IMG/VR virus record: IMGVR_UViG_3300026484_000436
Span: 41,640 to 105,639 of that record
Reading direction: 5' to 3' (one strand)
Source: a virus
Length of the DNA stretch: 64,000 nucleotides
A program made the position numbers and the translations under genes. The notes under the pieces were generated by a model. That model was not told the DNA's origin and did not search any database. It saw nothing but the letters and a program-made list of their open reading frames with translations. This document shows, piece after piece, positions 49,667 through 58,664 of the stretch (its first letter is position 1; every line of letters begins with the position of its first letter).

Positions 49667-49951
49667 CTATTTATTTAATCCATAAACTTCACAATTCGTA
49701 GAATATCCATTTGAAAACATAAATCCAAAATTGTGCCCATCATCTAAGATACCTGTTATTTTTGACTTGTCAATATCAACGAAACCTTTTCCTTTGATAT
49801 GGCAAATTACTGAAACATTATCGTTACTTTTAATCTCGTTAATGTATTGTCTTTCTTCAAATGTACCTAAGTACCATAAACCATATAACAACCCTAATAG
49901 TCCTAAAAACTTATATCCAGGTTTTGTTTTTACTCTTTCAATTATTGTCAT
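49667..49951 (-). CDS. Small membrane-anchored protein
   Basis: N-terminal TM helix; behind a sigma70 promoter. Confidence 0.55.
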   Translation of the reverse strand: MTIIERVKTKPGYKFLGLLGLLYGLWYLGTFEERQYINEIKSNDNVSVICHIKGKGFVDIDKSKITGILDDGHNFGFMFSNGYSTNCEVYGLNK

Positions 49952-49978
49952 GTGAATTCCTTTTCATTTTATATTATA

Positions 49979-50007
49979 ATTATATCAAAAATAAAATAAA
50001 AAGTCAA
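49979..50007 (-). promoter_or_regulatory. Sigma70-type promoter
   Basis: TTGACT-17-TATAAT. Confidence 0.75.
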
Positions 50008-50022
50008 GTGAAAAATAACTTT

Positions 50023-50385
50023 TTAAAAGTTATTTTCCATAAATTCAATATGTACGATTAACTGGTCATTTGATAGAGCATTAAAAACTGTTTCAACGAA
50101 GTATTCTCCCCCATCAAGGTCAGCAGCATATTCATAGTAATAATCTTCAATGAATTTTTTATATTTATGTTTTGCATAAAGTTCATTTAATTCTGGATAA
50201 TTGTTTTCAAAATCCCCATCTTCCATAACCAATAAATCAGCGACTTCTTTTGCTTCTTTATCACTTAAACCACTTACAAATTCTTCAGCAACTGCCGAAA
50301 CACCAGCACCACCAATAATTTCTTGTAATCTTTCGTAAAGAGCATTTCTTTCAGATCCTAAACCTTCTAAAACTTCTTTAAGCAT
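50023..50385 (-). CDS. Acidic protein with an MLKEVLE leader
   Basis: AAAGGA SD before the ATG at 50385; TTAAATA at 50403-50409. Confidence 0.6.
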   Translation of the reverse strand: MLKEVLEGLGSERNALYERLQEIIGGAGVSAVAEEFVSGLSDKEAKEVADLLVMEDGDFENNYPELNELYAKHKYKKFIEDYYYEYAADLDGGEYFVETVFNALSNDQLIVHIEFMENNF

Positions 50386-50401
50386 TGATATCCTTTTGTT
50401 T

Positions 50402-51046
50402 TTATTTAATCTCAATTTTACAAATTTTTTCGAGTGTATTTTTATTTGTGAAATAGTTCAATCTTTTTATATTTTTATCATTCGGGAATAATATATAATA
50501 AACATTATTTTTTGTTTTTATAATACGATAATAAAATTTTGGAACTATCTCACCTCTTTTAAGTCTAAATTTTTCCCCACAATTTCCTGTAATCACTTGA
50601 ACTTTTCCATATTTTTTAGCAAGTAAAATTTCGAAATTTTCATATTTCCTATTTATAATTCTATTAACTTTTGGATATTGTGGGGCAATGTTAGACATCA
50701 AAAAAGTTTCTTTTTGTGCTTTCAAGTTGTCATTAAAAGCATTGTTACTAACTGTATGTCCCCTATCAATCTTAAACCCATTCAATTTTGATTTATAATC
50801 TGAACTTTTCGCATAAGGTAATTTCATAGACCTAACCTGTTTATCAATCGAAAAATACTTAATTCTTTTCAATGGGTCTTTTTCGACATTTTCTTTTCTC
50901 AATGTATAAACAGCATATCTTGGTATTTTACCTTCCACAGAATAGAAAAGTGTAAATTTTGATTTTTCTAACTTAACCAATTTTTCTGGGTATTGTATTG
51001 TTAAACCATTTAAAAAAATGGCAAAAAATAATAACAAATATTTCAT
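50402..51046 (-). CDS. Secreted DNA/RNA non-specific endonuclease (NucA/EndoG family)
   Basis: Signal peptide; DRGH, TFLMSNIAPQ...NR, VP..YY motifs. Confidence 0.9.
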   Translation of the reverse strand: MKYLLLFFAIFLNGLTIQYPEKLVKLEKSKFTLFYSVEGKIPRYAVYTLRKENVEKDPLKRIKYFSIDKQVRSMKLPYAKSSDYKSKLNGFKIDRGHTVSNNAFNDNLKAQKETFLMSNIAPQYPKVNRIINRKYENFEILLAKKYGKVQVITGNCGEKFRLKRGEIVPKFYYRIIKTKNNVYYILFPNDKNIKRLNYFTNKNTLEKICKIEIK

Positions 51047-51139
51047 TAGGATCCTTTCATAATTATAATATACTTATATTTAAAAATTAACTTTTTCTTG
51101 ATTTTTTAAATACTTTTGAATATAATAAAAGGCATTTTA

Positions 51140-51619
51140 ATGGATAAAAAAATCTTACAACTATTAGAAGATATAGAAAAAATTAGAATAACTTTAATAT
51201 CTAATCTTAACTCTAATTCATTAAATTCTCAAGAAATAAATGAGAGAATTATTGATTTGAGTTCTAAATATAAAGACCAAGATTTAAACGACTTATTAAA
51301 ATTTATTGTTTATATGAATGATAATCTAAATAATCTAAATAATAATACGAGTGAAGCATTTTTAGAAGCACTTGATAAATTATTAGATAAGAAAAAAGAA
51401 CTTATAGAAATAATTAGACATCAAAAAATTCAAGTAACACCGAAGAATAAAAATAATTTTAATGAATTCGTAAAATCAATAGGATGGCAGCATTCAATTA
51501 TAACTATTGGATTTATTGGAATGCTTATTGTCATTTTTTTATTTTTTCACCCAGAAAAAACAGAAACCATTGTAAATGGTGGAGTAGCAATAACAAAAAA
51601 TATAAAAGGCAAAAAATGA
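51140..51619 (+). CDS. Coiled-coil protein with a C-terminal TM helix; first gene of the two-component operon
   Basis: ATG at 51140 after AAAGG; ATGA overlap with the next gene. Confidence 0.6.
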   Translation: MDKKILQLLEDIEKIRITLISNLNSNSLNSQEINERIIDLSSKYKDQDLNDLLKFIVYMNDNLNNLNNNTSEAFLEALDKLLDKKKELIEIIRHQKIQVTPKNKNNFNEFVKSIGWQHSIITIGFIGMLIVIFLFFHPEKTETIVNGGVAITKNIKGKK

Positions 51620-52293
51620 GTTTCTTAAAAAACATTTTTAAAAAATTTTTAAAAAAACCAAATATTGTACCAGAAGAAAAAGGAAGTATTGAAACTGATT
51701 TAGATTATATAGAAGGTTATGATTTTTCAACCTTATGTGCTCAATGTATGTTTAGACAAAATTGTTCTAAGAATAGTCATTTTTGTGAAAAATGGCATAA
51801 AGAATGGGACAAATCAAAAAGGACATTTTTAATAATAGATGATAACTTTGGTATAGTCGCGATTATCAAAGATATAATTGATGAATTAAATGAAGAAGGA
51901 AAAATAGATCTTAAAGAATGGAATATTCTTTCATTTCAAGAAAAACAAGCAGGAATTCAATTAATAAAAGCACTTAAAATAGATAAATTAAAAGTCGATG
52001 CTGCTTTTATTGATATGACATATGGAAGTATTATTAGAATAAAAGATAAAAACATAAAAATAAATGGTATTCATATTTTTAAATTTTTAAAAGATATAAA
52101 CAAAAATTTAAAATTTAAGTTTTATACAGGAAATATATTAAATGATTACATAAGCAATAATAAAGAAATTATCGATTATTTTAAAAAAATAACAGGTGAG
52201 GATATTGAAAATTATATGATTTTAAAATCAGGAACAACAGATGAAGATTTAAAAGAGGAAGTTTTAAATCTTTTTCGAAAGGTTGATAAATGA
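51616..52293 (+). CDS. Stand-alone response-regulator receiver domain with an N-terminal four-Cys cluster
   Basis: FLIIDDN, AFIDM (phospho-Asp), NG, FYTG and LK motifs; CAQC-x5-C-x6-C. Confidence 0.75.
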   Translation: MSFLKNIFKKFLKKPNIVPEEKGSIETDLDYIEGYDFSTLCAQCMFRQNCSKNSHFCEKWHKEWDKSKRTFLIIDDNFGIVAIIKDIIDELNEEGKIDLKEWNILSFQEKQAGIQLIKALKIDKLKVDAAFIDMTYGSIIRIKDKNIKINGIHIFKFLKDINKNLKFKFYTGNILNDYISNNKEIIDYFKKITGEDIENYMILKSGTTDEDLKEEVLNLFRKVDK

Positions 52294-53462
52294 ACCTTAT
52301 TTCAAAACTTTTAATATCTTTTTTTGTATTTGTTATTTTTTTATGTTCTTCTTTATTTTTTGCATTTAATTATTTTGAGGTGAAGTATTTTACTGAGCAT
52401 TATTACTCAACTAAAAAAGTATCAAAAGATTTTCATTTAACGAATGAAAATAAATATACTGCTTTTTTAAAAAATAAAGAAATTGTATATTGTGATAAAA
52501 ATAAATGTATTGCTAAAAAAATAAAATTTAATGATTTTTTTATCATAACAACTATTATTAGTACAATTTTTACATTGATTTGGGGATATTATAGCCTTAA
52601 AACTATTAAAAAAAGTGAAGAAGAAAAATTTTTAGTAAAAAGTAGTAATCTTGAAGCATTAGCAACTCAAAATAGTATGACACTCTTAACGGAAAATATC
52701 CATCACGAACTTAATTCCCCTTTGCAAGTACTACAAAGGAATTGTAAAAAAACAAGAATGATATTATTTGAAGTTTTAAAAGAAAAGTATTTTCCTGATA
52801 GATTCATAAATGATGAACACGATTTAAAAAAGATGTTTATTTATAATCATATAAATTATATAAAAATAGGTGAGAAAAAAATTCAAGTGGATGCGATGTT
52901 TGACTTATTTATGTTATCTACAACTTCATTAGAACAAATTCAAGGTATTTTAATGAATATGTCTAATTTTAAGCAATTAAGATACACTAATGGAAATAAA
53001 TCCGTTTATGAAATAATTGAGGGAGCAGCGAAAATTTTAAATGTTACAATAGACACACCATTTAAAATTTATATAGAAGAGGGAATTGGAGATTATAAAT
53101 TAGACCATTCTAATGGATTTAAAAATGCCGATTTAGTGAATATCATCATAAATCACTTGAAAAACAGCGTTGAAGCAAATTCGACAAAAATTGATATAAC
53201 TATTGAAAATACCAAAGATGGATTTATGCTTTTAAATGTAAAAGATAATGGAAATGGTATTCCAGAAGAATTTCAAAAAAGTATTTTTCAACCAAATAAA
53301 TCCTCTAAAAAAGATACATTAGGTTTAAGAGGTAATGGGTTATTTTTAAATCAGAATTTATTGAAAATGTATGGCGGAGATATTCGACTTAAAAAGAGCA
53401 AACCTGGACAAGGGACAGAATTTGTTTTAAAACTGCCCATTATTCACTATAAAAACGATTAA
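52290..53462 (+). CDS. Membrane sensor histidine kinase
   Basis: Two TM helices; HHELNSPL H-box, NHLKNS N-box, DNGNGI, F-box, GNGL, GTEF. Confidence 0.92.
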   Translation: MNLISKLLISFFVFVIFLCSSLFFAFNYFEVKYFTEHYYSTKKVSKDFHLTNENKYTAFLKNKEIVYCDKNKCIAKKIKFNDFFIITTIISTIFTLIWGYYSLKTIKKSEEEKFLVKSSNLEALATQNSMTLLTENIHHELNSPLQVLQRNCKKTRMILFEVLKEKYFPDRFINDEHDLKKMFIYNHINYIKIGEKKIQVDAMFDLFMLSTTSLEQIQGILMNMSNFKQLRYTNGNKSVYEIIEGAAKILNVTIDTPFKIYIEEGIGDYKLDHSNGFKNADLVNIIINHLKNSVEANSTKIDITIENTKDGFMLLNVKDNGNGIPEEFQKSIFQPNKSSKKDTLGLRGNGLFLNQNLLKMYGGDIRLKKSKPGQGTEFVLKLPIIHYKND

Positions 53463-54031
53463 GAAATCCTCACATAATACTCTTTATTAAGGGTATTATG
53501 TTTAATTTTTATAATTCCCTTTGTAATATCTAACTTTTTAAGTACTTCATTTTGATAAATGTATTGTATATCATAACATTTTAAATTATCATCTATTTCT
53601 GAAACAATTTCATAATCACTATTAAATTTTACATTTTTCGGCATTGAAGCACTTTCTTCATCTTTAAAATAAACATCCTTTTTAACTATTTCATATTCTT
53701 TTATTTTTTTAACAAATTTATTTTTGCCAAATAGTAAATTAAAACTTGTAAAATATCTTTTCTCATCTAAAACAGTTAAAAGTTTAAAATAATCTACCCC
53801 ATCTTTAACGAAATGTCTAAATGGTACAAAAAAACATTTTTCAAATTTTTTGCCTTTTTTATAAAAAGTTTTTTTAATCATAATTATATTTTTTATAAAT
53901 TGATTTCCTTTTTTATTATCTTCGTGCCCATATAAAAAAGATAAATCTCCTTTTAATAATTCTTCAACATCGTTGAAATATGTTCTTTGTTTTAATGCTT
54001 CTCTAAAATGTCTATTTGCTAAAATTATCAT
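53459..54031 (-). CDS. Hypothetical protein
   Basis: 190 aa ORF with SD. Confidence 0.5.
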   Translation of the reverse strand: MIILANRHFREALKQRTYFNDVEELLKGDLSFLYGHEDNKKGNQFIKNIIMIKKTFYKKGKKFEKCFFVPFRHFVKDGVDYFKLLTVLDEKRYFTSFNLLFGKNKFVKKIKEYEIVKKDVYFKDEESASMPKNVKFNSDYEIVSEIDDNLKCYDIQYIYQNEVLKKLDITKGIIKIKHNTLNKEYYVRIS

Positions 54032-54056
54032 GTGTTACCCTTTTATTTTTAATTTA

Positions 54057-54081
54057 TTAGTGGGGTGTTACCACCCACTAA
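54057..54081 (-). terminator. Hairpin after the ParR-like gene
   Basis: ttagtggg...cccactaa stem. Confidence 0.55.
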
Positions 54082-54331
54082 TATCCATAATATCGTTATT
54101 TTCTTCAACGATTTCTTCTTTAACTTCCTCGTTTTTACTTTTTTTAGGAGTGTCTTTTTCAACGATTAACTCTTCAACTTTAATATCTTCTTCGCCTTTT
54201 AGTATCTTAAAATAACTTGTATCTTTTGCCAATCTTATACCAAAATTTATTATGGAAGTGATGTGAATTGGGTCAATTTCACCCAAAATCTCAACACTTT
54301 TATCATCTAATTTTAATTTAACTTCTTTCAT
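54068..54331 (-). CDS. ParR-like adaptor (possible ribbon-helix-helix N-terminus, acidic tail)
   Basis: Small gene directly after the ParM-like gene; beta-helix-helix pattern. Confidence 0.5.
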   Translation of the reverse strand: MKEVKLKLDDKSVEILGEIDPIHITSIINFGIRLAKDTSYFKILKGEEDIKVEELIVEKDTPKKSKNEEVKEEIVEENNDIMDISGW

Positions 54332-54340
54332 AATTTTCCT

Positions 54341-55264
54341 TTATAAGTAAGAATAACCTCTAACATTGTTAAACTCTAATGGGTCATCATCAATAACTGC
54401 ATTTGGTGGCAACTTGGCACCTTTTAAGAAATTTGCTCCACCACCTGAAATGATAACTAAATGTGATGAACCCAACATTTTTTTATCTTCAATTAAAACA
54501 CTTTGGAAAAGTTTCATAATGAATTTTCTTTTTTCGTCTTTTATGAATTTAACTACATCTTCGTGCTCGACACCATTAAACATAAAACTCTCATCGATAA
54601 CATACTCATTTATCTCACTATCAGAACATTGCATATTAAATTTATTTTCTATAAATGTTTTAACAGGCCTAACTAAACTTGAAACTCCGTGCCCAGGATA
54701 TGCTTTTGAAACTTGTTTTTGAAATTTCTTTTTAACAATCGATAAAACATTTATCGTATTAAAACCTATATCAATTATCGCAACTTTTTTGCTTGCTAAA
54801 TCAAACCCTTCTTTAACTTTTGAACCCTCTTTTAGATATCTCATATAAATACCTATACCTTGTGGTACGATTTTTAATTTTAAGTTTATCTCTTGTCCAT
54901 TTATGGCAAAATGAGATAATCTTTTTTCAAAATCAGGAATATGACCTAAATCATTTAATGCCAATCCTGTTTTAACCACGATTGGCATTTCTTTATTCGC
55001 AAGTTGAAATTTACTTAAAATATGATAAATGATTAACGGACTATATTTTAAAAGTTGTTTAAAATCAGTAGTAGTAAATGTTTCTCCCATTGAAGCATCA
55101 GAACCAACTATGTATTTTTCGCTTTCAAATTCATACACTTCTTGGTCGCCATAGTCGATTCCATTATCTGTATATAAACCCACGGCAGTTGGTATTTTTA
55201 CTTCTTTATTTTTATATCTTATTTTAGTATGACCATAACCAATATCTATTGAAATACTTTCCAT
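54341..55264 (-). CDS. ParM/StbA-family actin-like ATPase
   Basis: IDIGYGHTK, TGLA, PQG, IDIGFNTIN, ISGGGA, NVRGY. Confidence 0.88.
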   Translation of the reverse strand: MESISIDIGYGHTKIRYKNKEVKIPTAVGLYTDNGIDYGDQEVYEFESEKYIVGSDASMGETFTTTDFKQLLKYSPLIIYHILSKFQLANKEMPIVVKTGLALNDLGHIPDFEKRLSHFAINGQEINLKLKIVPQGIGIYMRYLKEGSKVKEGFDLASKKVAIIDIGFNTINVLSIVKKKFQKQVSKAYPGHGVSSLVRPVKTFIENKFNMQCSDSEINEYVIDESFMFNGVEHEDVVKFIKDEKRKFIMKLFQSVLIEDKKMLGSSHLVIISGGGANFLKGAKLPPNAVIDDDPLEFNNVRGYSYL

Positions 55265-55306
55265 TTATTCTCCTTTTTATAATTATATCATTTTTTATAA
55301 AGATAT

Positions 55307-55693
55307 TTAACTTTTGAAATGACTTCTTAGTGCTTCTATATCAATATCGTCTGAAATTATATTACTATAAATTTTATCTTCTTTTTTCAAAATGTGTTTA
55401 AAATTTGTTTTTATGAAATCTTTTAACTCTATTCTTTTTGAAATTGACATAAATGCCTTTCTAGATTTTTGAATATAGTTCAAAGTTGATTCAAGTCTTT
55501 CATTTACAAATGTTCTAGCAACTTCTTTTGCACCTGCTCGCATTCCTTGTGTTTTCAAATCCTTCCAAAAAATATCTAACCATCTATTTTTAACATCGTT
55601 TAAATCTTCATTGATTTTACCTTCCGAAATATCACTCGCCACTCTAATTAAATCTTTTTCGTATAAATCTAATAACTCATTTTTTACTCTCAT
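55307..55693 (-). CDS. Hypothetical protein
   Basis: 128 aa with SD. Confidence 0.5.
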   Translation of the reverse strand: MRVKNELLDLYEKDLIRVASDISEGKINEDLNDVKNRWLDIFWKDLKTQGMRAGAKEVARTFVNERLESTLNYIQKSRKAFMSISKRIELKDFIKTNFKHILKKEDKIYSNIISDDIDIEALRSHFKS

Positions 55694-55705
55694 TTTTCTT
55701 TCCTT

Positions 55706-55927
55706 TTAATAATGTAAATAATCTAAATCCATTGATTGTAACTTTTTAATTGCACTTTTATATATTTTTGAAATTGCTGCCGGAGAAACACCCATAAGAT
55801 AAGCAATCTCTTCATTTGAGTATTCTCTTGCCTCAATCAAACCTTCACTCATTAAAAAGTCAAGTAATTGCCATCTTTCTTTAACCTTTAAGTCCAACAT
55901 CATAAGTCTTATTTGATTCAAATCCAT
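55706..55927 (-). CDS. Small sigma70 region-4-like HTH protein
   Basis: YSNEEIAYLMGVSPAAISKIYKSAIKKL. Confidence 0.7.
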   Translation of the reverse strand: MDLNQIRLMMLDLKVKERWQLLDFLMSEGLIEAREYSNEEIAYLMGVSPAAISKIYKSAIKKLQSMDLDYLHY

Positions 55928-55936
55928 TTTTTGCTC

Positions 55937-56209
55937 CTATATATAGTATTCGATTGTATTTTCTTTTTCCACTTGATAAATATCTATAATTTTTATTTTT
56001 ACATTATCAAAGTTTTTAAATGTTTTTAAAAAACACTTTTTTCCTTTTTTGTTACCACAATAATAAACATTTAACCCATCTTCATTTTTATGAAAATATA
56101 AATCCATTTTACAGGTCGTTAAATGTTTATTTTTGAAACCATATTTTGCTGATAATTTTCTTAAAATATCTATATATGTTAAGAAAAAAAAGTTTTTCCA
56201 AAATTTCAT
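55937..56209 (-). CDS. Hypothetical protein
   Basis: 90 aa with AGGAG SD. Confidence 0.5.
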   Translation of the reverse strand: MKFWKNFFFLTYIDILRKLSAKYGFKNKHLTTCKMDLYFHKNEDGLNVYYCGNKKGKKCFLKTFKNFDNVKIKIIDIYQVEKENTIEYYI

Positions 56210-56218
56210 ATTTTCTCC

Positions 56219-56425
56219 TTATACACCATATGATTTATACAACTCATCTAAGTTTTCTCTAACTTTTTTAAGATTGAGTTTCTTTGATATTTCATCAATC
56301 ATTTTAAGTTGATTTTTCATATATATCTCATGTGATTCTTCTAATTTTTCAATATCACTCATCTTTATGTAATCCATTTTTTCAAAAATTGTCATCTCAT
56401 TGAAAACATCTAACCATTTTTTCAT
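56219..56425 (-). CDS. Hypothetical early protein
   Basis: 68 aa, behind a sigma70 promoter. Confidence 0.55.
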   Translation of the reverse strand: MKKWLDVFNEMTIFEKMDYIKMSDIEKLEESHEIYMKNQLKMIDEISKKLNLKKVRENLDELYKSYGV

Positions 56426-56450
56426 TTTATCTTCCTTTCTATTTTTTATA

Positions 56451-56479
56451 ATTATAACATTTTTACATCAAAAAGTCAA
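56451..56479 (-). promoter_or_regulatory. Sigma70-type promoter
   Basis: TTGACT-17-TATAAT. Confidence 0.75.
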
Positions 56480-56518
56480 GTGTTTTTTAAAGTTTTAAAT
56501 AAATTTAAAAGGAACTAA

Positions 56519-57133
56519 ATGATTATTTCTACACGGGGCAAATCTTTCAACTTGATAACATTTGACGATTTCACTCAATTTTTGAATGAAAATAACATAA
56601 ATATAGATGCTAATGCTTTTTTCACAAAATATAAAAATGAAAAAATGACTTTATCTAAATTTAAAAAGATTTCCGAAAATTATCAATTCACAAAAAAAGA
56701 GAAAATAGAAAAACCAAAAACATTTTCTGACAAAGATTTATTTAAGCAAAAATTTATCAAAATTGCCCCAGAACATTATGGTAACTATTTCAAAAGACTT
56801 AAAAGTGAAATTAAAGAATTGAAATTGAACCCACCTAAAAGGTTCAAAAAGTATATTTTATATTATGTACTAATTGATAACTTTTATGCTTTAATACTAC
56901 AACCACAAGACCGAAAATTTTATCTGGAAAATTACGATTGTAAAATTCTAGATAAGAAAAAAGGTTACTATTATGATTTGTATTATATAAAACATTCAAT
57001 TCTTAAATCATTCTTAAAATATAGAACGATTAAAGAATTAAATGGTAACTTTCTGTTCGAAGGATTTGAAGAAAATGTTATTGACTTCATACCTGACGAA
57101 CCACTTGAAAAAATTGATTATCTGGAAATTTGA
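56519..57133 (+). CDS. Hypothetical protein
   Basis: 204 aa, AAAGGA SD, TTAAATA at 56495-56501. Confidence 0.55.
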   Translation: MIISTRGKSFNLITFDDFTQFLNENNINIDANAFFTKYKNEKMTLSKFKKISENYQFTKKEKIEKPKTFSDKDLFKQKFIKIAPEHYGNYFKRLKSEIKELKLNPPKRFKKYILYYVLIDNFYALILQPQDRKFYLENYDCKILDKKKGYYYDLYYIKHSILKSFLKYRTIKELNGNFLFEGFEENVIDFIPDEPLEKIDYLEI

Positions 57134-57849
57134 TGTTTAATCTTTTTCCAAATTTTCATATTTTTTAATACTCTTTTATAATAAGTTTTGTTTTTCCAAC
57201 CACCATTATATCTACTTATTGCTCTAAACCAAGGATTACTATAATGTCTTCTTAAAGCAATTTCATAGTTTTGTATTAAATAAAGTGCTCCTACACTTAC
57301 ATTAAATTCTATATCAGATAATAGTAATTGTGCTAATTCTAAATCTTTTTTATAGTATTTTTTATAAGGACTAAATAATTTTTTATAGTGTCTTAATTCT
57401 CTATTTGCCCATCTTTTCACTTTTATGCTTCGTTCGTCATACTTGTTCTTATATCTATTCAAAATATCTTGATAGTATTCAATTTTAATAAGATATTTAT
57501 AATACTTTTTAAATGCAAACGGGTCTTTATGGATATATTCTTGAAATTGCTCATATACATCTTTATGGGCAATAATCATATGAATTGCTGTTTCTAACTT
57601 GACTTGCCCAACTCCTAATGATTTCATTATGAAAGGTTTTTCTTGCCCATTTATGTAATTATCCCCTATCAATTGCTTCCCACCACTTGATTCAGTCAAT
57701 ATAATTGCGACCATCGTATCATTAAAAATGTGCCCGTCTTTTGCCGAAAACCAAGACGCCACTTTATATGTCGTTTTTAAAACATTTGTTTGTGAAAAAC
57801 TTACCCCAAAAAGATTTGTGATAAGCAAAATTGAAATTAAAAATTTCAT
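57118..57849 (-). CDS. Secreted lytic transglycosylase (SLT-like) with a helical insertion
   Basis: Signal peptide; ILTESSGG, SLGVGQV, GALYL, RYNGG. Confidence 0.75.
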   Translation of the reverse strand: MKFLISILLITNLFGVSFSQTNVLKTTYKVASWFSAKDGHIFNDTMVAIILTESSGGKQLIGDNYINGQEKPFIMKSLGVGQVKLETAIHMIIAHKDVYEQFQEYIHKDPFAFKKYYKYLIKIEYYQDILNRYKNKYDERSIKVKRWANRELRHYKKLFSPYKKYYKKDLELAQLLLSDIEFNVSVGALYLIQNYEIALRRHYSNPWFRAISRYNGGWKNKTYYKRVLKNMKIWKKIKHQISR

Positions 57850-57858
57850 TTATACCCT

Positions 57859-58128
57859 TTAATCTAATAACTTTTTTAAGTCATATTCAACATTATACGA
57901 TTGGAATACAACGAACGGCATATTTCTCATTTTTTTACCACCTATTCTGCTTTTTATGAATTGAATTGCTTCAGCACTATTTGCATAGATTTCTTCAATC
58001 CCTCTTACGATATTTCCGTAACTATAATGAATTGCATATCTGGGATTACCGTACATATCTCTATTTATTTTTTCAACTTCTACTAAAATGTTTTTTCCGT
58101 TTTTGTCAGTTAAAGTTATTGTTTCCAT
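57859..58128 (-). CDS. Hypothetical early protein
   Basis: 89 aa; DMYGNPRY...FQSYN; behind the repeated promoter cassette. Confidence 0.6.
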   Translation of the reverse strand: METITLTDKNGKNILVEVEKINRDMYGNPRYAIHYSYGNIVRGIEEIYANSAEAIQFIKSRIGGKKMRNMPFVVFQSYNVEYDLKKLLD

Positions 58129-58130
58129 GT

Positions 58131-58195
58131 GTTTCCTTTTTTGTTTTATTTCTTTTTACATTATAATTATAACAAAAAAAGAAAAAGAAGTCAAG
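58131..58195 (-). promoter_or_regulatory. Sigma70 promoter-leader-RBS cassette, copy 2
   Basis: TTGACT(58189-94)-17-TATAAT(58166-71); near-identical to 43689-43752. Confidence 0.8.
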
Positions 58196-58664
58196 AGTTT
58201 TTAACTATTTTTTTATAAATTTCTTCAACTTTTCCTTTTAAAACACTTTTATCTTTTATTGAATTATCAATTTCATAATCAAAAAGTATTTTATCAATGT
58301 CGGTTTCTTTGATATTTTTATCTTTAATATGAATAATTTTAATGTCTTCATTTTTAAAAAATTCATATTCAACTAAAAATCTCAAATCAGAAATAACATA
58401 ATTTTTATTATCTTCAATTTGAGTAAGAACAGCATTTGCCCAAATGTTTTTATCTATTTTTTTCATTTCTTCAGCAAAATATATAAGTTTATCTCGGTAC
58501 ATTGATTTATATTTTTCAAACCATTTCAAGGGTATATTTAACATTCCACAAACCATTTCTTTAGGTTTATCGGCAAAGGCAAGTCGTGTAAAACCTTTCT
58601 CTTGAAAAATTTTTGCGACTTCATCTTTACCCACCCTTTTTTCTCCATATAACATAACTATCAT
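58191..58664 (-). CDS. Deoxynucleoside monophosphate kinase-like protein
   Basis: GEKRVGKD, FADKPK, ISDLRF..E. Confidence 0.8.
   Translation of the reverse strand: MIVMLYGEKRVGKDEVAKIFQEKGFTRLAFADKPKEMVCGMLNIPLKWFEKYKSMYRDKLIYFAEEMKKIDKNIWANAVLTQIEDNKNYVISDLRFLVEYEFFKNEDIKIIHIKDKNIKETDIDKILFDYEIDNSIKDKSVLKGKVEEIYKKIVKNS

Noticed and set aside
51484-51615. Longer N-terminus for the response regulator (and similar extensions at 42053, 50415, 48910, 23762, 7888)
   Set aside because: The extensions overlap neighbouring genes or promoter regions; SD-backed downstream ATGs fit better
55265-55306. parC centromere iterons upstream of the ParM-like gene
   Set aside because: Only ~40 bp of AT-rich promoter sequence, with no convincing repeat array
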